Assembly: GCA_964511535.1 (NCBI GenBank)
Contig: CAZEFW010000015.1
Span: 3,754-67,753 of the forward strand
DNA from: an uncultured Myxococcales bacterium
GTDB taxonomy: Bacteria; Myxococcota_A; Polyangia; GCA-2747355; CAZCFB01
Direction of reading: 5' to 3'
Length of the DNA stretch: 64,000 nt
Shown here piece by piece: positions 39,393 through 48,957 of the stretch. The translations under genes and the position numbers were made by a program. The notes under the pieces are model-generated. The model was not told the DNA's origin and made no database searches. It saw only the letters and a program-made list of their open reading frames with translations. Position 1 is the first letter of the stretch, and each line of letters begins with the position of its first letter.

Positions 39393-40490
39393 TTACTCAA
39401 TAATTTCGTAAGTATGAATCAGGCCCTTGCCGCGCCGGATCAGGGCGAAGGTGAGCTTCTTCGCCCCTCGGAGTTTGGAGTACACCCGCAGCGCCCGGTC
39501 GGGGCTGGCAATGGACATCCCGTTGACAGCGGTGATGGTATCGCCGTTGCGCAGCCCCAGAACGGCGTAAATACTGCCCGGACGGATGGCGTACAGCTTG
39601 AACCCGATGGGCTTGCCATCGCGGACGGTCGGGACGATTCGCGCGCTCCGCGCCAGCTTGCTGGGATCCCCGAGCAGGTTGTCCAACAGCTCTCGCTGGA
39701 TGGTCCAGTGGCCATCTCCGACCTTGCTGACGAGCCGGGTTGCCCAGTCCGCAGGGAGCGGCTTCGGGCGGCGCGGAGGAAAGGGATCCTCACTGGGATC
39801 CGGCGGATCGGGCGGCGCGGTCTCCTTGCGGATCATCCCGCTCATTCGTCGAAGCGGCCCCTGGATCGTGAACAGGTAGCTGCCGTCATCCTGCTGCTTG
39901 TTGGCGTAGGTGGCGTAGAAGATCTTCAGCGCGACGCTCTTTTCCAGCAGGGCCTTGCCCAGGCGTACGCGGATCCGCGCCGAAACCACGGACGCTTCAA
40001 TGGGATGTCGGAGGCGCACGGAACCCGATACCTTGAGCGTGATGTCCCCCTTCTCTGCAGTGAGCGACTCCAGCGCCAGGTTGCCGTTTCCAAGGGTGAT
40101 CCGGGCGCGCACCTGACCCAGATCGATGTCCGGCAGGGTCATGCTGGCCCACACCGGGTGTCCACGTGCGGAGAGCTGCGAGGCCGGGATGCGGCACCCC
40201 TTGCAGGTCAGCTCCAGGGCGCCGGTGGCCTGGCTGATGTTCTCGCCGGGGGGCAGAAGGATCTCCCCGGTGGCGGTCACCTCGCCCTCCAGGGGCACTC
40301 CCAACACAGATCTTGCCATCTCTGCAGGAACTCTCATTTTTCGCCCGGTGAAGCTGAGCCGTAGCCCATCCGGCGGTGCTGGTTTTACGCATGGACGCGG
40401 GGAGGGGGGCGGTTTTGGCGGCGGGGTGGCGCTGCAGGCGCACAGGGCGAAGAGAGTCGGGATCAGGCAGTGGATCGGTTTCATGCGCAC
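39393..40490 (-). CDS. Lipoprotein with C-terminal PDZ domain (T2SS GspC/GspN-like architecture)
   Basis: Lipobox LFALCAC, Pro-rich linker, C-terminal PDZ-like segment (GFKLYAIRPGSIYAVLGLRNGDTITAVNGMSI). Confidence 0.45.
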   Translation of the reverse strand: MRMKPIHCLIPTLFALCACSATPPPKPPPSPRPCVKPAPPDGLRLSFTGRKMRVPAEMARSVLGVPLEGEVTATGEILLPPGENISQATGALELTCKGCRIPASQLSARGHPVWASMTLPDIDLGQVRARITLGNGNLALESLTAEKGDITLKVSGSVRLRHPIEASVVSARIRVRLGKALLEKSVALKIFYATYANKQQDDGSYLFTIQGPLRRMSGMIRKETAPPDPPDPSEDPFPPRRPKPLPADWATRLVSKVGDGHWTIQRELLDNLLGDPSKLARSARIVPTVRDGKPIGFKLYAIRPGSIYAVLGLRNGDTITAVNGMSIASPDRALRVYSKLRGAKKLTFALIRRGKGLIHTYEIIE

Positions 40491-40658
40491 CAGTTGAACC
40501 TACTAATGGCCCTGACAACAACTTCGGCGACCAGTTTTCGGCCTGGTCACGCCGAAAATCCACGCTCATTGAAATAGTTCACAACTACTGGTCCCCATTC
40601 CTGGGGTCGCCAACACTATAGAGGCAGATTACGTCGCGGCCTTTGCCCTGGAGCATTC

Positions 40659-41597
40659 ATGCTGACCCGCTGCTCGCCTCTACTCGTTGCTCTGCTGACC
40701 CCACTGACGCTGGCCTGTACTGACATTGACCGCGCCATCAATCAGGATCCCTCCCCTGGAGCCTGCGACCTGGAGCGACGGCTGGGCGAGCCCCCCCGCG
40801 CCATCAAGCAGGTCAAGCTTCAGGGCGTCTTCAACGCCTCGGGCATGGTGCTCGACCGGCACGCAGAGCAGCGCGTGGTGACCGGCTCGGACTGGGTCAT
40901 GGGCAATCCGCTGCCCGGCCTGCTCGAGGGCACGGTCCCGCCATCACTGGTGGTCTCCGCTGCCGCGAGCGGCAAGATGATCGAGGGCCGTTCAGCTGCC
41001 AAGACGGTGTTTGAACTCGAGGGACTCTCCTGGAAAGGTTCCGAGATCGCTGCGCTTTATCAAGAAGGTGGCAAAGCCTTCATTCAGGTCGGGAGCACCC
41101 GGACAGATCTGGATACCGACGCGGCCGGCGCGGCCACGGGCAAGCACTCCCTGCGCCTGTTCGAGGGCCTGGCCCACAATTCCGGGCACTGGGTGGTGCT
41201 GATGACCATCAGCCGTCAAGCAGCCGGGGGCGATCCCCATCCGCACCAGATGGAGATGTACCTGGCGTCCTTCAAGGATGGCTCGGGAGCGCTGGCAGGG
41301 GTGAAGGGACCGGTGCAGACCTCAAACGGCGAGATCATCAGGGAGCTGGGCGGCGACCTGCTGAGGCTGCCGAGCGGCAAATTTCTCATCCCGGGGTTCA
41401 ACTCCAGGGGGCTTAAGGTCGTGTCGCCCGACGGCACGGTGCTGAAGCAGGTGGATCTGGACACCCGTCGGGTGGAGGGCATCGCCTTCGACAAAAAGCG
41501 CTGTGATTTGCTGCTGGTACGCGAATGTGCCGGCCCTGGAGACTTGTGCAACGAGCCTCCTACCCTCGGTACGCCCCTCTGGATCATGAGCTATTGA
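40659..41597 (+). CDS. Lipoprotein, hypothetical; tandem paralog 1
   Basis: Lipobox LTLAC; shares VFNASGMVLDR..., GLAH(N/T)...WVVLMTISRQA..., EMY..., RELGGDLLRL..., ...GTPLW(I/V) blocks with the next gene. Confidence 0.55.
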   Translation: MLTRCSPLLVALLTPLTLACTDIDRAINQDPSPGACDLERRLGEPPRAIKQVKLQGVFNASGMVLDRHAEQRVVTGSDWVMGNPLPGLLEGTVPPSLVVSAAASGKMIEGRSAAKTVFELEGLSWKGSEIAALYQEGGKAFIQVGSTRTDLDTDAAGAATGKHSLRLFEGLAHNSGHWVVLMTISRQAAGGDPHPHQMEMYLASFKDGSGALAGVKGPVQTSNGEIIRELGGDLLRLPSGKFLIPGFNSRGLKVVSPDGTVLKQVDLDTRRVEGIAFDKKRCDLLLVRECAGPGDLCNEPPTLGTPLWIMSY

Positions 41598-41704
41598 GCA
41601 CAGATCCGGGATCCGGATTCGCCCAATACGCCCAAAACCTGCATAATTTGACAAACCAGATTTCCCCTGCTAATCAATCATAAGACTCATAGCGGGAGAA
41701 AGCC

Positions 41705-42667
41705 ATGTATACGCTGAATAGCAGGGATTTCAGGATCGCCAGTTGCTTGCTGGGGCTGAGCCTCGTGGCAGCGTGCGGGGACCCGGAGCCGGATGTCCAG
41801 GGTACGCGGCAGGGCATGGACAGCTGCAACCTGACGCAGCTGATGCAGAAAGGCCCCGCCTCCCTGGACCGGGTCACCCTGAATCGGGTATTCAACGCCT
41901 CCGGCATGGTGCTCGACCGCAAGGGCCCGACTCGCCAGGTGATCACCGGGGCGGACTGGCGCGAGGGCGATCCCCTGCCCGTCAACTGGAAGGAGTCTGA
42001 AAAACCGAGCCTGCTCACGACCTCTTCGGCGGACAGCGGGCTGTTCATCGACGCACCGGTCCTGCCTGCGCCCAAGTATTCGGAGCTCGAGGCCCTCACA
42101 TGGGCCGGATCCAGGCTCTCGGCTCTGTTCCAGAAGGGAGGCAACGTGACTGTGGGGGACACCGAGCGCCAGGTCATCCTGGACACGCCTGCCGCCGAGG
42201 CGCGGGTGGGTAAGCATCGCTACCCAATTTACGAGGGGCTGGCCCACACCGACGGCACCTGGTACGTGCTGATGACCATCAGCCGCCAGGCCAAGGCGGG
42301 CGACCAGGTGCGGGACAAGATGGAGATGTACATCGTCACCTTTCGGGAGGAAACCGGCGGGCTGATGGACGTGCAAGGCCCGGTGCGGCACAGGGACGGC
42401 CGCATCGTGCGTGAGCTCGGCGGCGACCTTCTGCGGCTGGACGACGGCAACTACATCATCCCCGGCTTCTACGACGAGGGCCTGCTGCTGGTGGACCGCT
42501 CCGGGCAGGTGATCACCCACGTACAGATGAAGGTCAACCGCGTGGAGGGGATCGACCTGGACCGCGACGCCTGCGAGCTGCTGCTGGCCCGCGAGTGCCA
42601 CGGTACGGGTCACACCTGCACCGAGCCCACCGTCACCGGCACGCCCCTGTGGGTGGCCGGGTTCTGA
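41705..42667 (+). CDS. Lipoprotein, hypothetical; tandem paralog 2
   Basis: Lipobox LVAAC; paralog of 40659..41597. Confidence 0.55.
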   Translation: MYTLNSRDFRIASCLLGLSLVAACGDPEPDVQGTRQGMDSCNLTQLMQKGPASLDRVTLNRVFNASGMVLDRKGPTRQVITGADWREGDPLPVNWKESEKPSLLTTSSADSGLFIDAPVLPAPKYSELEALTWAGSRLSALFQKGGNVTVGDTERQVILDTPAAEARVGKHRYPIYEGLAHTDGTWYVLMTISRQAKAGDQVRDKMEMYIVTFREETGGLMDVQGPVRHRDGRIVRELGGDLLRLDDGNYIIPGFYDEGLLLVDRSGQVITHVQMKVNRVEGIDLDRDACELLLARECHGTGHTCTEPTVTGTPLWVAGF

Positions 42668-42672
42668 GGTCC

Positions 42673-43890
42673 TCACCGCTTCTCGATATTTCCCGCCCCG
42701 GTCCACCCCTGGCGCGCCAGCAGATCTCGCACCAGCACCCATTTGCCAGCGCGCCTGATCACGCGCAACAGGAACCCGGCCTTGACCTGCCCCCCGGGCA
42801 GCGGCGCCGCGCCGGCTGCAGGCCCCGCGCGCAGGGTGAATGACCTCGCCGCCCGCCAGGGGTGGTTCATGATCAGGACCCGGTTCTCCCGGGCCTTGGA
42901 CACCAGCAGGTTCGTGGTCACCTGCTGCATGGCGTAGGCGCTGTTCAGGGAGCCTGCCGCCACCTGGTCCAGGCCCTGGCGCCGCAGGGCCTCCAGGTCA
43001 GCGCCCGACAGCCCCGCAGAGCGCGCGAAGGCGCTGCCCCGGGCGCGCTCCGCCGCGGTCTTCAGCTTCGACTGTTGCAGGTAGAAGTGGCTGGTCAGGT
43101 GCATCACCTGGCCGTCATGCCAGCGGAAGGCCACCGCGATGGGGGCGTGGCCGTACTTGCGCTTCATCTCACGGCTGGAGATGAGCACCTTCACCCGTTT
43201 GGGATCCAGCACCCGGATCGGGTAGCTCGCGCCCTCCAGCCACCAGCGCGGCGAGGCCTTCATCGCCCTGGCCTGGCTCACCAGCCCGCCGGCGCTCTTC
43301 GTGATCTGTACCGCCACCACGTCATCCTTGGTGTTGCGCCCCCCCCGGGCGATTGTGCGGGGGAAGGTGCGCTGCACCAGGGACAGGGCCCAGTCGGTGG
43401 TCACCAGAAAACCGCCGGTGCGCACGAACCGCCCCAGCCTCTTCTCGGCGGCGCGGCTCATGCGGCCGGGGCAGTTGACCATCACGGTCTGCAGGGACAT
43501 GAGCGGGACCTTCGCCACCAGGCGCGGCGGGATCACCACATGCTTGATCTTCACCGCCCGCAGCACGTCCTGCACCCGGTCGTAGCCGCCGCTGACCACC
43601 ACCACGTCGGCCGCGCCGGCCCGGCGGATCAGCTTCATGTCGGTGGGCCGGCTGCGCCGCATGCGCCGCTGCAGGATCTCCCCGGCCAGGCGGTTGGCCC
43701 GCTTCATCCGGCCCGTGCCGAGGGACTGGTACGCGCCGTCCGGGCGGCTCAGGTCGGCCTCCACCACGTCGTCTGAAAAGTCATAGAAGAACTTGCGCTC
43801 GGCCTCCTGGGCCAGCAGGGGGGGCGCCGGGGCGCACAACACCAGGGCGAGGCCCGCCAGCGGGAGCCCGCGTCTCCGTCTCGCATACAT
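42673..43890 (-). CDS. Secreted protein, paralog family A (second copy)
   Basis: Signal peptide from MYARRRRGLPLAGLALVLCAPA; collinear with the 26901..28109 gene. Confidence 0.6.
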   Translation of the reverse strand: MYARRRRGLPLAGLALVLCAPAPPLLAQEAERKFFYDFSDDVVEADLSRPDGAYQSLGTGRMKRANRLAGEILQRRMRRSRPTDMKLIRRAGAADVVVVSGGYDRVQDVLRAVKIKHVVIPPRLVAKVPLMSLQTVMVNCPGRMSRAAEKRLGRFVRTGGFLVTTDWALSLVQRTFPRTIARGGRNTKDDVVAVQITKSAGGLVSQARAMKASPRWWLEGASYPIRVLDPKRVKVLISSREMKRKYGHAPIAVAFRWHDGQVMHLTSHFYLQQSKLKTAAERARGSAFARSAGLSGADLEALRRQGLDQVAAGSLNSAYAMQQVTTNLLVSKARENRVLIMNHPWRAARSFTLRAGPAAGAAPLPGGQVKAGFLLRVIRRAGKWVLVRDLLARQGWTGAGNIEKR

Positions 43891-43973
43891 GGTTGATTCC
43901 TCCTCGTGCATGACTGACGCGCAGGGCGGGGCTTTTTGTCCCTGCCTGCTACCCTTGTGCTTTCCCCTGGGAG

Positions 43974-45509
43974 GTGTCGGTGATGAAGCGGCTCATCTAC
44001 AGCGGCGACGACCTGCTCCTGGCCGACCTGCCGGACGATACGCGGGTCATCGCGCCGCCGACGCCAGGGCCACCGCCCGGCGATGCGGGCCCTGTCATCG
44101 CCCGCGCCCTGGACCGACCGGTGGGCGCGGGCCCCCTGGAGGAGCTGGTGCGCCCTGGCTCCCGGATTGTCATCGCATTCGATGACAACGCCCTGCCCTT
44201 GCCGGCCATGCGGCGAGATCTGCGGCCCGTGGCCGTGGCGTTGATCCTCGAGCGACTGAAGCGGGCCGGCGTGAGCGAGCAGCAGGTTCGGCTGCTCTGC
44301 GCCCAGGGCCTGCACCGCCGGCTCACCGACGGGGAGCTGGCGCGGCTGGTGGGCCGGCGCACCTTCCGCCGCTTCGCGCCTGACCGGGTGGGGAACCACG
44401 ACGCCGAGGACCCCGCCGGGGTGGTGGAGCTCGGGTCCACCGACGAGGGCGAGGTGGTGGAGATCAACCGCGCGGCCGCCGAGTGCGACCTGCTGATCTA
44501 CGTCAACATCAACTGGACGCAGATGAACGGCGGCTGGAAATCGGTGGCGGTGGGCCTCGGGACCTACCGCTCCATCAGCCAGCACCACAACCCGGGCGTG
44601 CTCACAACCAGCCGCTCGCTCATGGAGCCGGGCCAGTCTGCCATGCACGGCATGTACGAGCGCATGGGCCAGGTGATCCAGGACCGGGTGCGTTGCCTCA
44701 GCCTGGAGATGGTCATCGACTGGCGGCTCTGGTGGGGCCCGTGGCGCGGGCTGACCCTCGATCCCGGGGCGCGGCGCCTCCCCCTGGCGGCGCGGGCAGC
44801 GGGCCTGTTGCCGCGCCGGGCCAGGGACCTGATGCGCGGCGCCTTCACCGCCGACTACGGCCTGCGCCAGGCAAACTTCGGCCAGGTGGATCAGGTGCAT
44901 CGCCGGACCCTCTCGGCGCTGGACCAGGCGCCGGCCGTGCAGGTGCAGGGGCAGACCGACGCGCTGCTGCTCGGGGTGGCCAACCTGAGCCCCTACGCCG
45001 TGGGCGGCTACCCGAACCCGATCCTGGTGGCCAACCTCGGCCTCGGCTACATCTTCAACCTGCACCAGGGCGCGCCCCTGGTACGCCGGGGGGGCACGGT
45101 GATCATCGCCAGCCCGTGCGAGGCGCGGTTCCACCCGGTGCACCACCCGTCGTACGCCAGGTTCTACGAGCACGCCCTGGCCGAGACCTTCGATCCGGAG
45201 GTGCTGCACAGAGAGTTCGAGCGAGGGTACGCCGAGGACCCGGAGTTCCGCCGGCTCTACCGCGAGTCGTACGCCTACCACGGCGTGCACCCGTTCTTCA
45301 CCTGGTACTGGTGCTGTCACGCCCGGGCCCACGCGGGCAGGATCATCGTGGCGGGCGCCCAGGAGCCAGAGGCCGCGCGGCGGCTCGGCTTCGAGGCGGC
45401 GCCCACCGTGGAGCGGGCGCTGGAGATGGCGCGCGAGGATCACCCGGACGGCATGAGCCTGACCTACCAGATGGTGCCGCCGGCGTTCGTATGTCAGGTC
45501 ACGGTGTGA
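43974..45509 (+). CDS. LarA-like (nickel-dependent lactate racemase, DUF2088) family protein
   Basis: N-terminal DUF2088-like region (RIVIAFDDNALPLP) and the overall pattern; assignment by recall only. Confidence 0.45.
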   Translation: MSVMKRLIYSGDDLLLADLPDDTRVIAPPTPGPPPGDAGPVIARALDRPVGAGPLEELVRPGSRIVIAFDDNALPLPAMRRDLRPVAVALILERLKRAGVSEQQVRLLCAQGLHRRLTDGELARLVGRRTFRRFAPDRVGNHDAEDPAGVVELGSTDEGEVVEINRAAAECDLLIYVNINWTQMNGGWKSVAVGLGTYRSISQHHNPGVLTTSRSLMEPGQSAMHGMYERMGQVIQDRVRCLSLEMVIDWRLWWGPWRGLTLDPGARRLPLAARAAGLLPRRARDLMRGAFTADYGLRQANFGQVDQVHRRTLSALDQAPAVQVQGQTDALLLGVANLSPYAVGGYPNPILVANLGLGYIFNLHQGAPLVRRGGTVIIASPCEARFHPVHHPSYARFYEHALAETFDPEVLHREFERGYAEDPEFRRLYRESYAYHGVHPFFTWYWCCHARAHAGRIIVAGAQEPEAARRLGFEAAPTVERALEMAREDHPDGMSLTYQMVPPAFVCQVTV

Positions 45510-45528
45510 GCTGGAGGCGGGGGTGTCC

Positions 45529-45777
45529 GCCGTGCTCGCCTCGCTACGCTTAGAACGTGCAACGCCCCTCCGGGGGAGCGCCCCGTGCTCGCCTCGCTAC
45601 GCTTGGAACGTGCAACGCCCCTCCGGGGGAGCGCCCCGTGCTCGCCTCGCTACGCTTGGAACGTGCAACGCCCCTCCGGGGGAGCGCCCCGTGCTCGCCT
45701 CCTTCGGAGGCTCCGCGATGAAGCGGGGCGCTGCTCCGCGATGAAGCGGGGCGCTGCTCCGTGATGAAGCGGGGCGC
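45529..45777. repeat. Tandem repeats: 3 x 53 bp (CCGTGCTCGCCTCGCTACGCTTRGAACGTGCAACGCCCCTCCGGGGGAGCGCC) then 3 x 23 bp (CGCGATGAAGCGGGGCGCTGCTC)
   Basis: Direct inspection. A single degenerate copy lies at 48096..48175, downstream of the paralogous Cys-rich gene. Confidence 0.85.
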
Positions 45778-46499
45778 TACTTGAACGGGTTGTAGCTCTG
45801 GCAGGTGTAGCCGGCCTTGAGGGCGCCGCCCTGGAACTCCGGATTGTTGTTCTTGTCCAGGGTCAGCAGGATGAGCCACTGCTCGCCGCCGGCGATGGTG
45901 GCCGAGCCCTTGATCATCACCTGCCCGTTGTACCAGACCTCCATGGGCATGTTGTTGCCGATGGGCATCTGGTGGCACTGCACGCCCACCACGGTGCTGC
46001 AGGCGCCGGACCACGCCGACAGGGATACCTGGCTCGAGCCGGTGCCGATCTTGAGGGTCAGGGTGATGGTCTTGTTGTTCTTGTCCACCAGGTTGTGACA
46101 GAACTTGCCCACCGACTTCTTGCCGGTGCCGCCCTTGTCCAGCTTCACGCCGCCGCCGTCCAGCTTGGAGCAGTCGCAGCCGCTGAAGCCCTTGCCGTCC
46201 TGGTTGCAGCTCTGCACGCCCTTGACCCCGCCGCTGCAGCTGCACTGCTGGGTGGTGCCGGGCACGCAAACCTTGCCGCCGGAGCCGCCGTCATGCTTGG
46301 TGCCGCCGCAGTTGCACGTGCTCCAGGAGGCGCCGGTGATGTTGCAGGTCTGCACGCCCTGAGCCCCGCCGGGGCAGGCGCACACCTGGGTGGCGCCCGG
46401 CGCGCAGATCTTGTTGTTGTTGCCACCGTCATCGTCGGCGCAAGCCAACGACAGGGCCGCTGCGGACAGCACCACACAGATAAGCCAGGACCTCTTCAT
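45777..46499 (-). CDS. Secreted Cys-rich protein (Myxococcales-type Cys-rich repeat), paralog 1
   Basis: Signal peptide; CAPGATQVCACPGGAQGVQTCNITGASWSTCNCGG repeat; 78-80% identical blocks with the 48171..48899 gene. Confidence 0.6.
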   Translation of the reverse strand: MKRSWLICVVLSAAALSLACADDDGGNNNKICAPGATQVCACPGGAQGVQTCNITGASWSTCNCGGTKHDGGSGGKVCVPGTTQQCSCSGGVKGVQSCNQDGKGFSGCDCSKLDGGGVKLDKGGTGKKSVGKFCHNLVDKNNKTITLTLKIGTGSSQVSLSAWSGACSTVVGVQCHQMPIGNNMPMEVWYNGQVMIKGSATIAGGEQWLILLTLDKNNNPEFQGGALKAGYTCQSYNPFK

Positions 46500-46574
46500 G
46501 TCAAAACTCCAGGGCTAAATTATTTCCACTGACCATCTTAAAACTGTCGACTGTCGACTGTCGACTCCCGACGC

Positions 46575-47831
46575 TCACCCCTCCTTGATCTTCTTCAGCT
46601 CCAGCGCCGTCTTCAGCCCCTTCTCGCGGATGGTGTGCAGGATCAGCCGGGTCTTTGTCAGGTTGTAGAACCGCCGGCCGTACCGCCGCAGGCGCCCGGG
46701 ATCCACGCGCAGGCCGAGGCCTGGCTCCTGGGGCACCGGCAAGGTGCCTCGCGGGGTGAGGCTCATGGGCTCGGCCATGACGCCGTCGCGCGCCTCGGGG
46801 ATCCAGCCGGGGGGCTGGAAAGGGTACTCCAGCGGCAGGTGGCGCCCGGTCCAGGCGGCCTTGACGTGCAGGTTGATCAGCAACCCGATGCCGTTGGTCC
46901 AGGTGTGGGGCGAGAAGGCCACCTCTCCGTCTGCCAGGCAGGCGCGCATCACCTGCATGGCCTGGGCGATGCCGCCGGCCAGGGTGACGTCGGGCTGGTA
47001 GATGTCGTAGCTCCCCTTCTCCAGCATCACCTTGAACTCATGCCAGCCGGCGTTCAGCTCGCCGCCCGCGATGGCGGTCTTGACCCGGCGGCGCAGCTCG
47101 GCCTGGCCGTCGTAGTCGTACATCTCCAGCGGCTCCTCGATCCAGGTGTAGCGGCACTCGTCGCACACCGCGCCGAAGCGCGCCGCGCGCTCCAGATCCC
47201 ACAGCGGCGCGCCGCCGAACAGGTCCACGCGCCAGCCCTGGTTGGCGTCCACCATCAGCTGCAGATCGTCGCCGGCCAGGCGCCGCGCCTCGCGCACCGC
47301 GGCGTGGTCCTCGGCCTCGTCCTGGGCGTGCACGCGGATCTTCACCGCGCCCACGCCGCGCTCCTTTGCGCCGTCCAGGTATTCGCGCAGGGCGGCCCCG
47401 CGGCTCAGGTCACCCATGGAGAAGTAGACCGGCACCTCGGCCACTGCCTCGTCGGCCACCCCCATCTCCCGGCGCAGCAGCCGGTACAGCGGCAGCCCCT
47501 CGGCCTGGGCGCGGATGTCCCAGAAGGCGGCCTCGATGAAGCTGTTGCGCCAGCCCAGATAGCTCGCCTCGCGCAGGCGCTGGTTGACCGCGTCGATGTC
47601 CAGGGCGTCGGCGCCCAGCAGGTACGGACCGAGCAGGCTGCCCAGCCCCTGGCGCTCGCGCTCCATGGCCACCCCGGCGCTCTGCCCCACCAGGCCCCCC
47701 TCGGTGGTGAGCCGCAGCAGGGTGAAGTTGCACGCCGTCTGCGGATACTTCGGGATCCAGGAGGGATAGAAGCTGTGCTTCAGCGGGATGGAGACATGAA
47801 ACAGCTCGATACGTGAGATCAGCTCGGGCAT
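46575..47831 (-). CDS. Enolase-superfamily enzyme (mandelate racemase / muconate-lactonizing enzyme family)
   Basis: KIRV, MVDANQGW and D/E metal-ligand pattern typical of MR/MLE proteins. Confidence 0.8.
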   Translation of the reverse strand: MPELISRIELFHVSIPLKHSFYPSWIPKYPQTACNFTLLRLTTEGGLVGQSAGVAMERERQGLGSLLGPYLLGADALDIDAVNQRLREASYLGWRNSFIEAAFWDIRAQAEGLPLYRLLRREMGVADEAVAEVPVYFSMGDLSRGAALREYLDGAKERGVGAVKIRVHAQDEAEDHAAVREARRLAGDDLQLMVDANQGWRVDLFGGAPLWDLERAARFGAVCDECRYTWIEEPLEMYDYDGQAELRRRVKTAIAGGELNAGWHEFKVMLEKGSYDIYQPDVTLAGGIAQAMQVMRACLADGEVAFSPHTWTNGIGLLINLHVKAAWTGRHLPLEYPFQPPGWIPEARDGVMAEPMSLTPRGTLPVPQEPGLGLRVDPGRLRRYGRRFYNLTKTRLILHTIREKGLKTALELKKIKEG

Positions 47832-47908
47832 GGGCGCACCTCCGGGGGATGAGTGGTCGCAGATTTTAGCAGAGCGTTGGACAGAGCTGTCCGTGAAGGG
47901 CGGCCAGC

Positions 47909-48040
47909 GGTTGACGGTTGACAGTTAACAGTTGAAGGCGGCGAGGCAACGGGTGGTTAGCATCCAAGGGCGTGAAATTGAAGCCAGACGCCATCACCTG
48001 CACGAAGGCTCAACCGTCAACTGATAACTGTCAACGAACC
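47909..48040. repeat. Inverted pair of family-2 repeats (GGTTGACGGTTGACAGTTAACAGTTGA ... TCAACCGTCAACTGATAACTGTCAAC) separated by about 70 bp
   Basis: Direct inspection; lies upstream of the MR/MLE-family gene. Confidence 0.7.
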
Positions 48041-48170
48041 TTGCCGCAGCTCACAGCGCCTCCAGGCAGGTGAAATCGCCCTCATGAGAGGTTGTGCCCG
48101 CGCGATGCCCCTCCGGGGGAGCTCGCGCTTGCTCGCCTCGCTTCGCGAGGCTCCGCGATGAAGGCGCGAG

Positions 48171-48899
48171 CTACTTGTACGGCTTGAAGCTCTGACAGGT
48201 ATACCCGGCCTTCAGCTCGCCGCCGGAGAGCAGCGCCGTGCCGGTCTTGTCCATGTCCAGGAAGAAGACGTAGTCCTTTCCTGCGGAGATGTTCACCGAG
48301 CCCTTGGCCACCACCTGGCCCTGCAGCCAGAACTCCACCGGGAGGTTGTTGCCCGTGGGCAGCTGATGGCACTGCACGCCGACCACGGTGCTGCACGCCT
48401 TGGACCACGCCGCCAGGGACACCTGGCTGGCGCCGGAGCCGATCTTCATGGTGATGGTCAGGGTGCCCCCGCCGTTCTTGCCCACCAGCGCGTGACAGAA
48501 CTTGCCCACCGCCTTCTTGCCGCCGCCGCCCTTGTCCAGCTTCACCGCGCCGCCGTCCAGCTTGGAGCAGTCGCAGCCGCTGTAGCTCTTGCCGTCCTGC
48601 TTGCAGCTCTGCACGCCGCTGAGGCCGCCGCTGCAAGTGCACGCCTTGGTGCTGCCCGGCACGCAAACCTTGCCGCCGCCGCCGCCGTCATGCTTGGTGC
48701 CGCCGCAGTTGCAGGTGCTCCAGGACGCGCCGGTGATGTTGCAGGTCTGGACCCCCTGGGTGCCGCCGGGGCAGGCGCACACCTGGGTCGCCCCGGGCGC
48801 GCAGATCTTGTTGTTGTTGCTGCTGCCGTCGTCATCGCTGCAGGCCAGGGAGAGCGCGCCGAGCAAGACAACGGAGAGTGACAGGGCTGTTAATCTCAT
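48171..48899 (-). CDS. Secreted Cys-rich protein, paralog 2 (start MRLTALSL...)
   Basis: GGAGAAAC RBS; signal peptide; collinear with the 45777..46499 gene. Confidence 0.6.
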   Translation of the reverse strand: MRLTALSLSVVLLGALSLACSDDDGSSNNNKICAPGATQVCACPGGTQGVQTCNITGASWSTCNCGGTKHDGGGGGKVCVPGSTKACTCSGGLSGVQSCKQDGKSYSGCDCSKLDGGAVKLDKGGGGKKAVGKFCHALVGKNGGGTLTITMKIGSGASQVSLAAWSKACSTVVGVQCHQLPTGNNLPVEFWLQGQVVAKGSVNISAGKDYVFFLDMDKTGTALLSGGELKAGYTCQSFKPYK

Positions 48900-48957
48900 T
48901 TCAAGTTTCTCCATGCGACATCTTAGGTATTGACCCGCCATGATAGCCTAATTCCCC

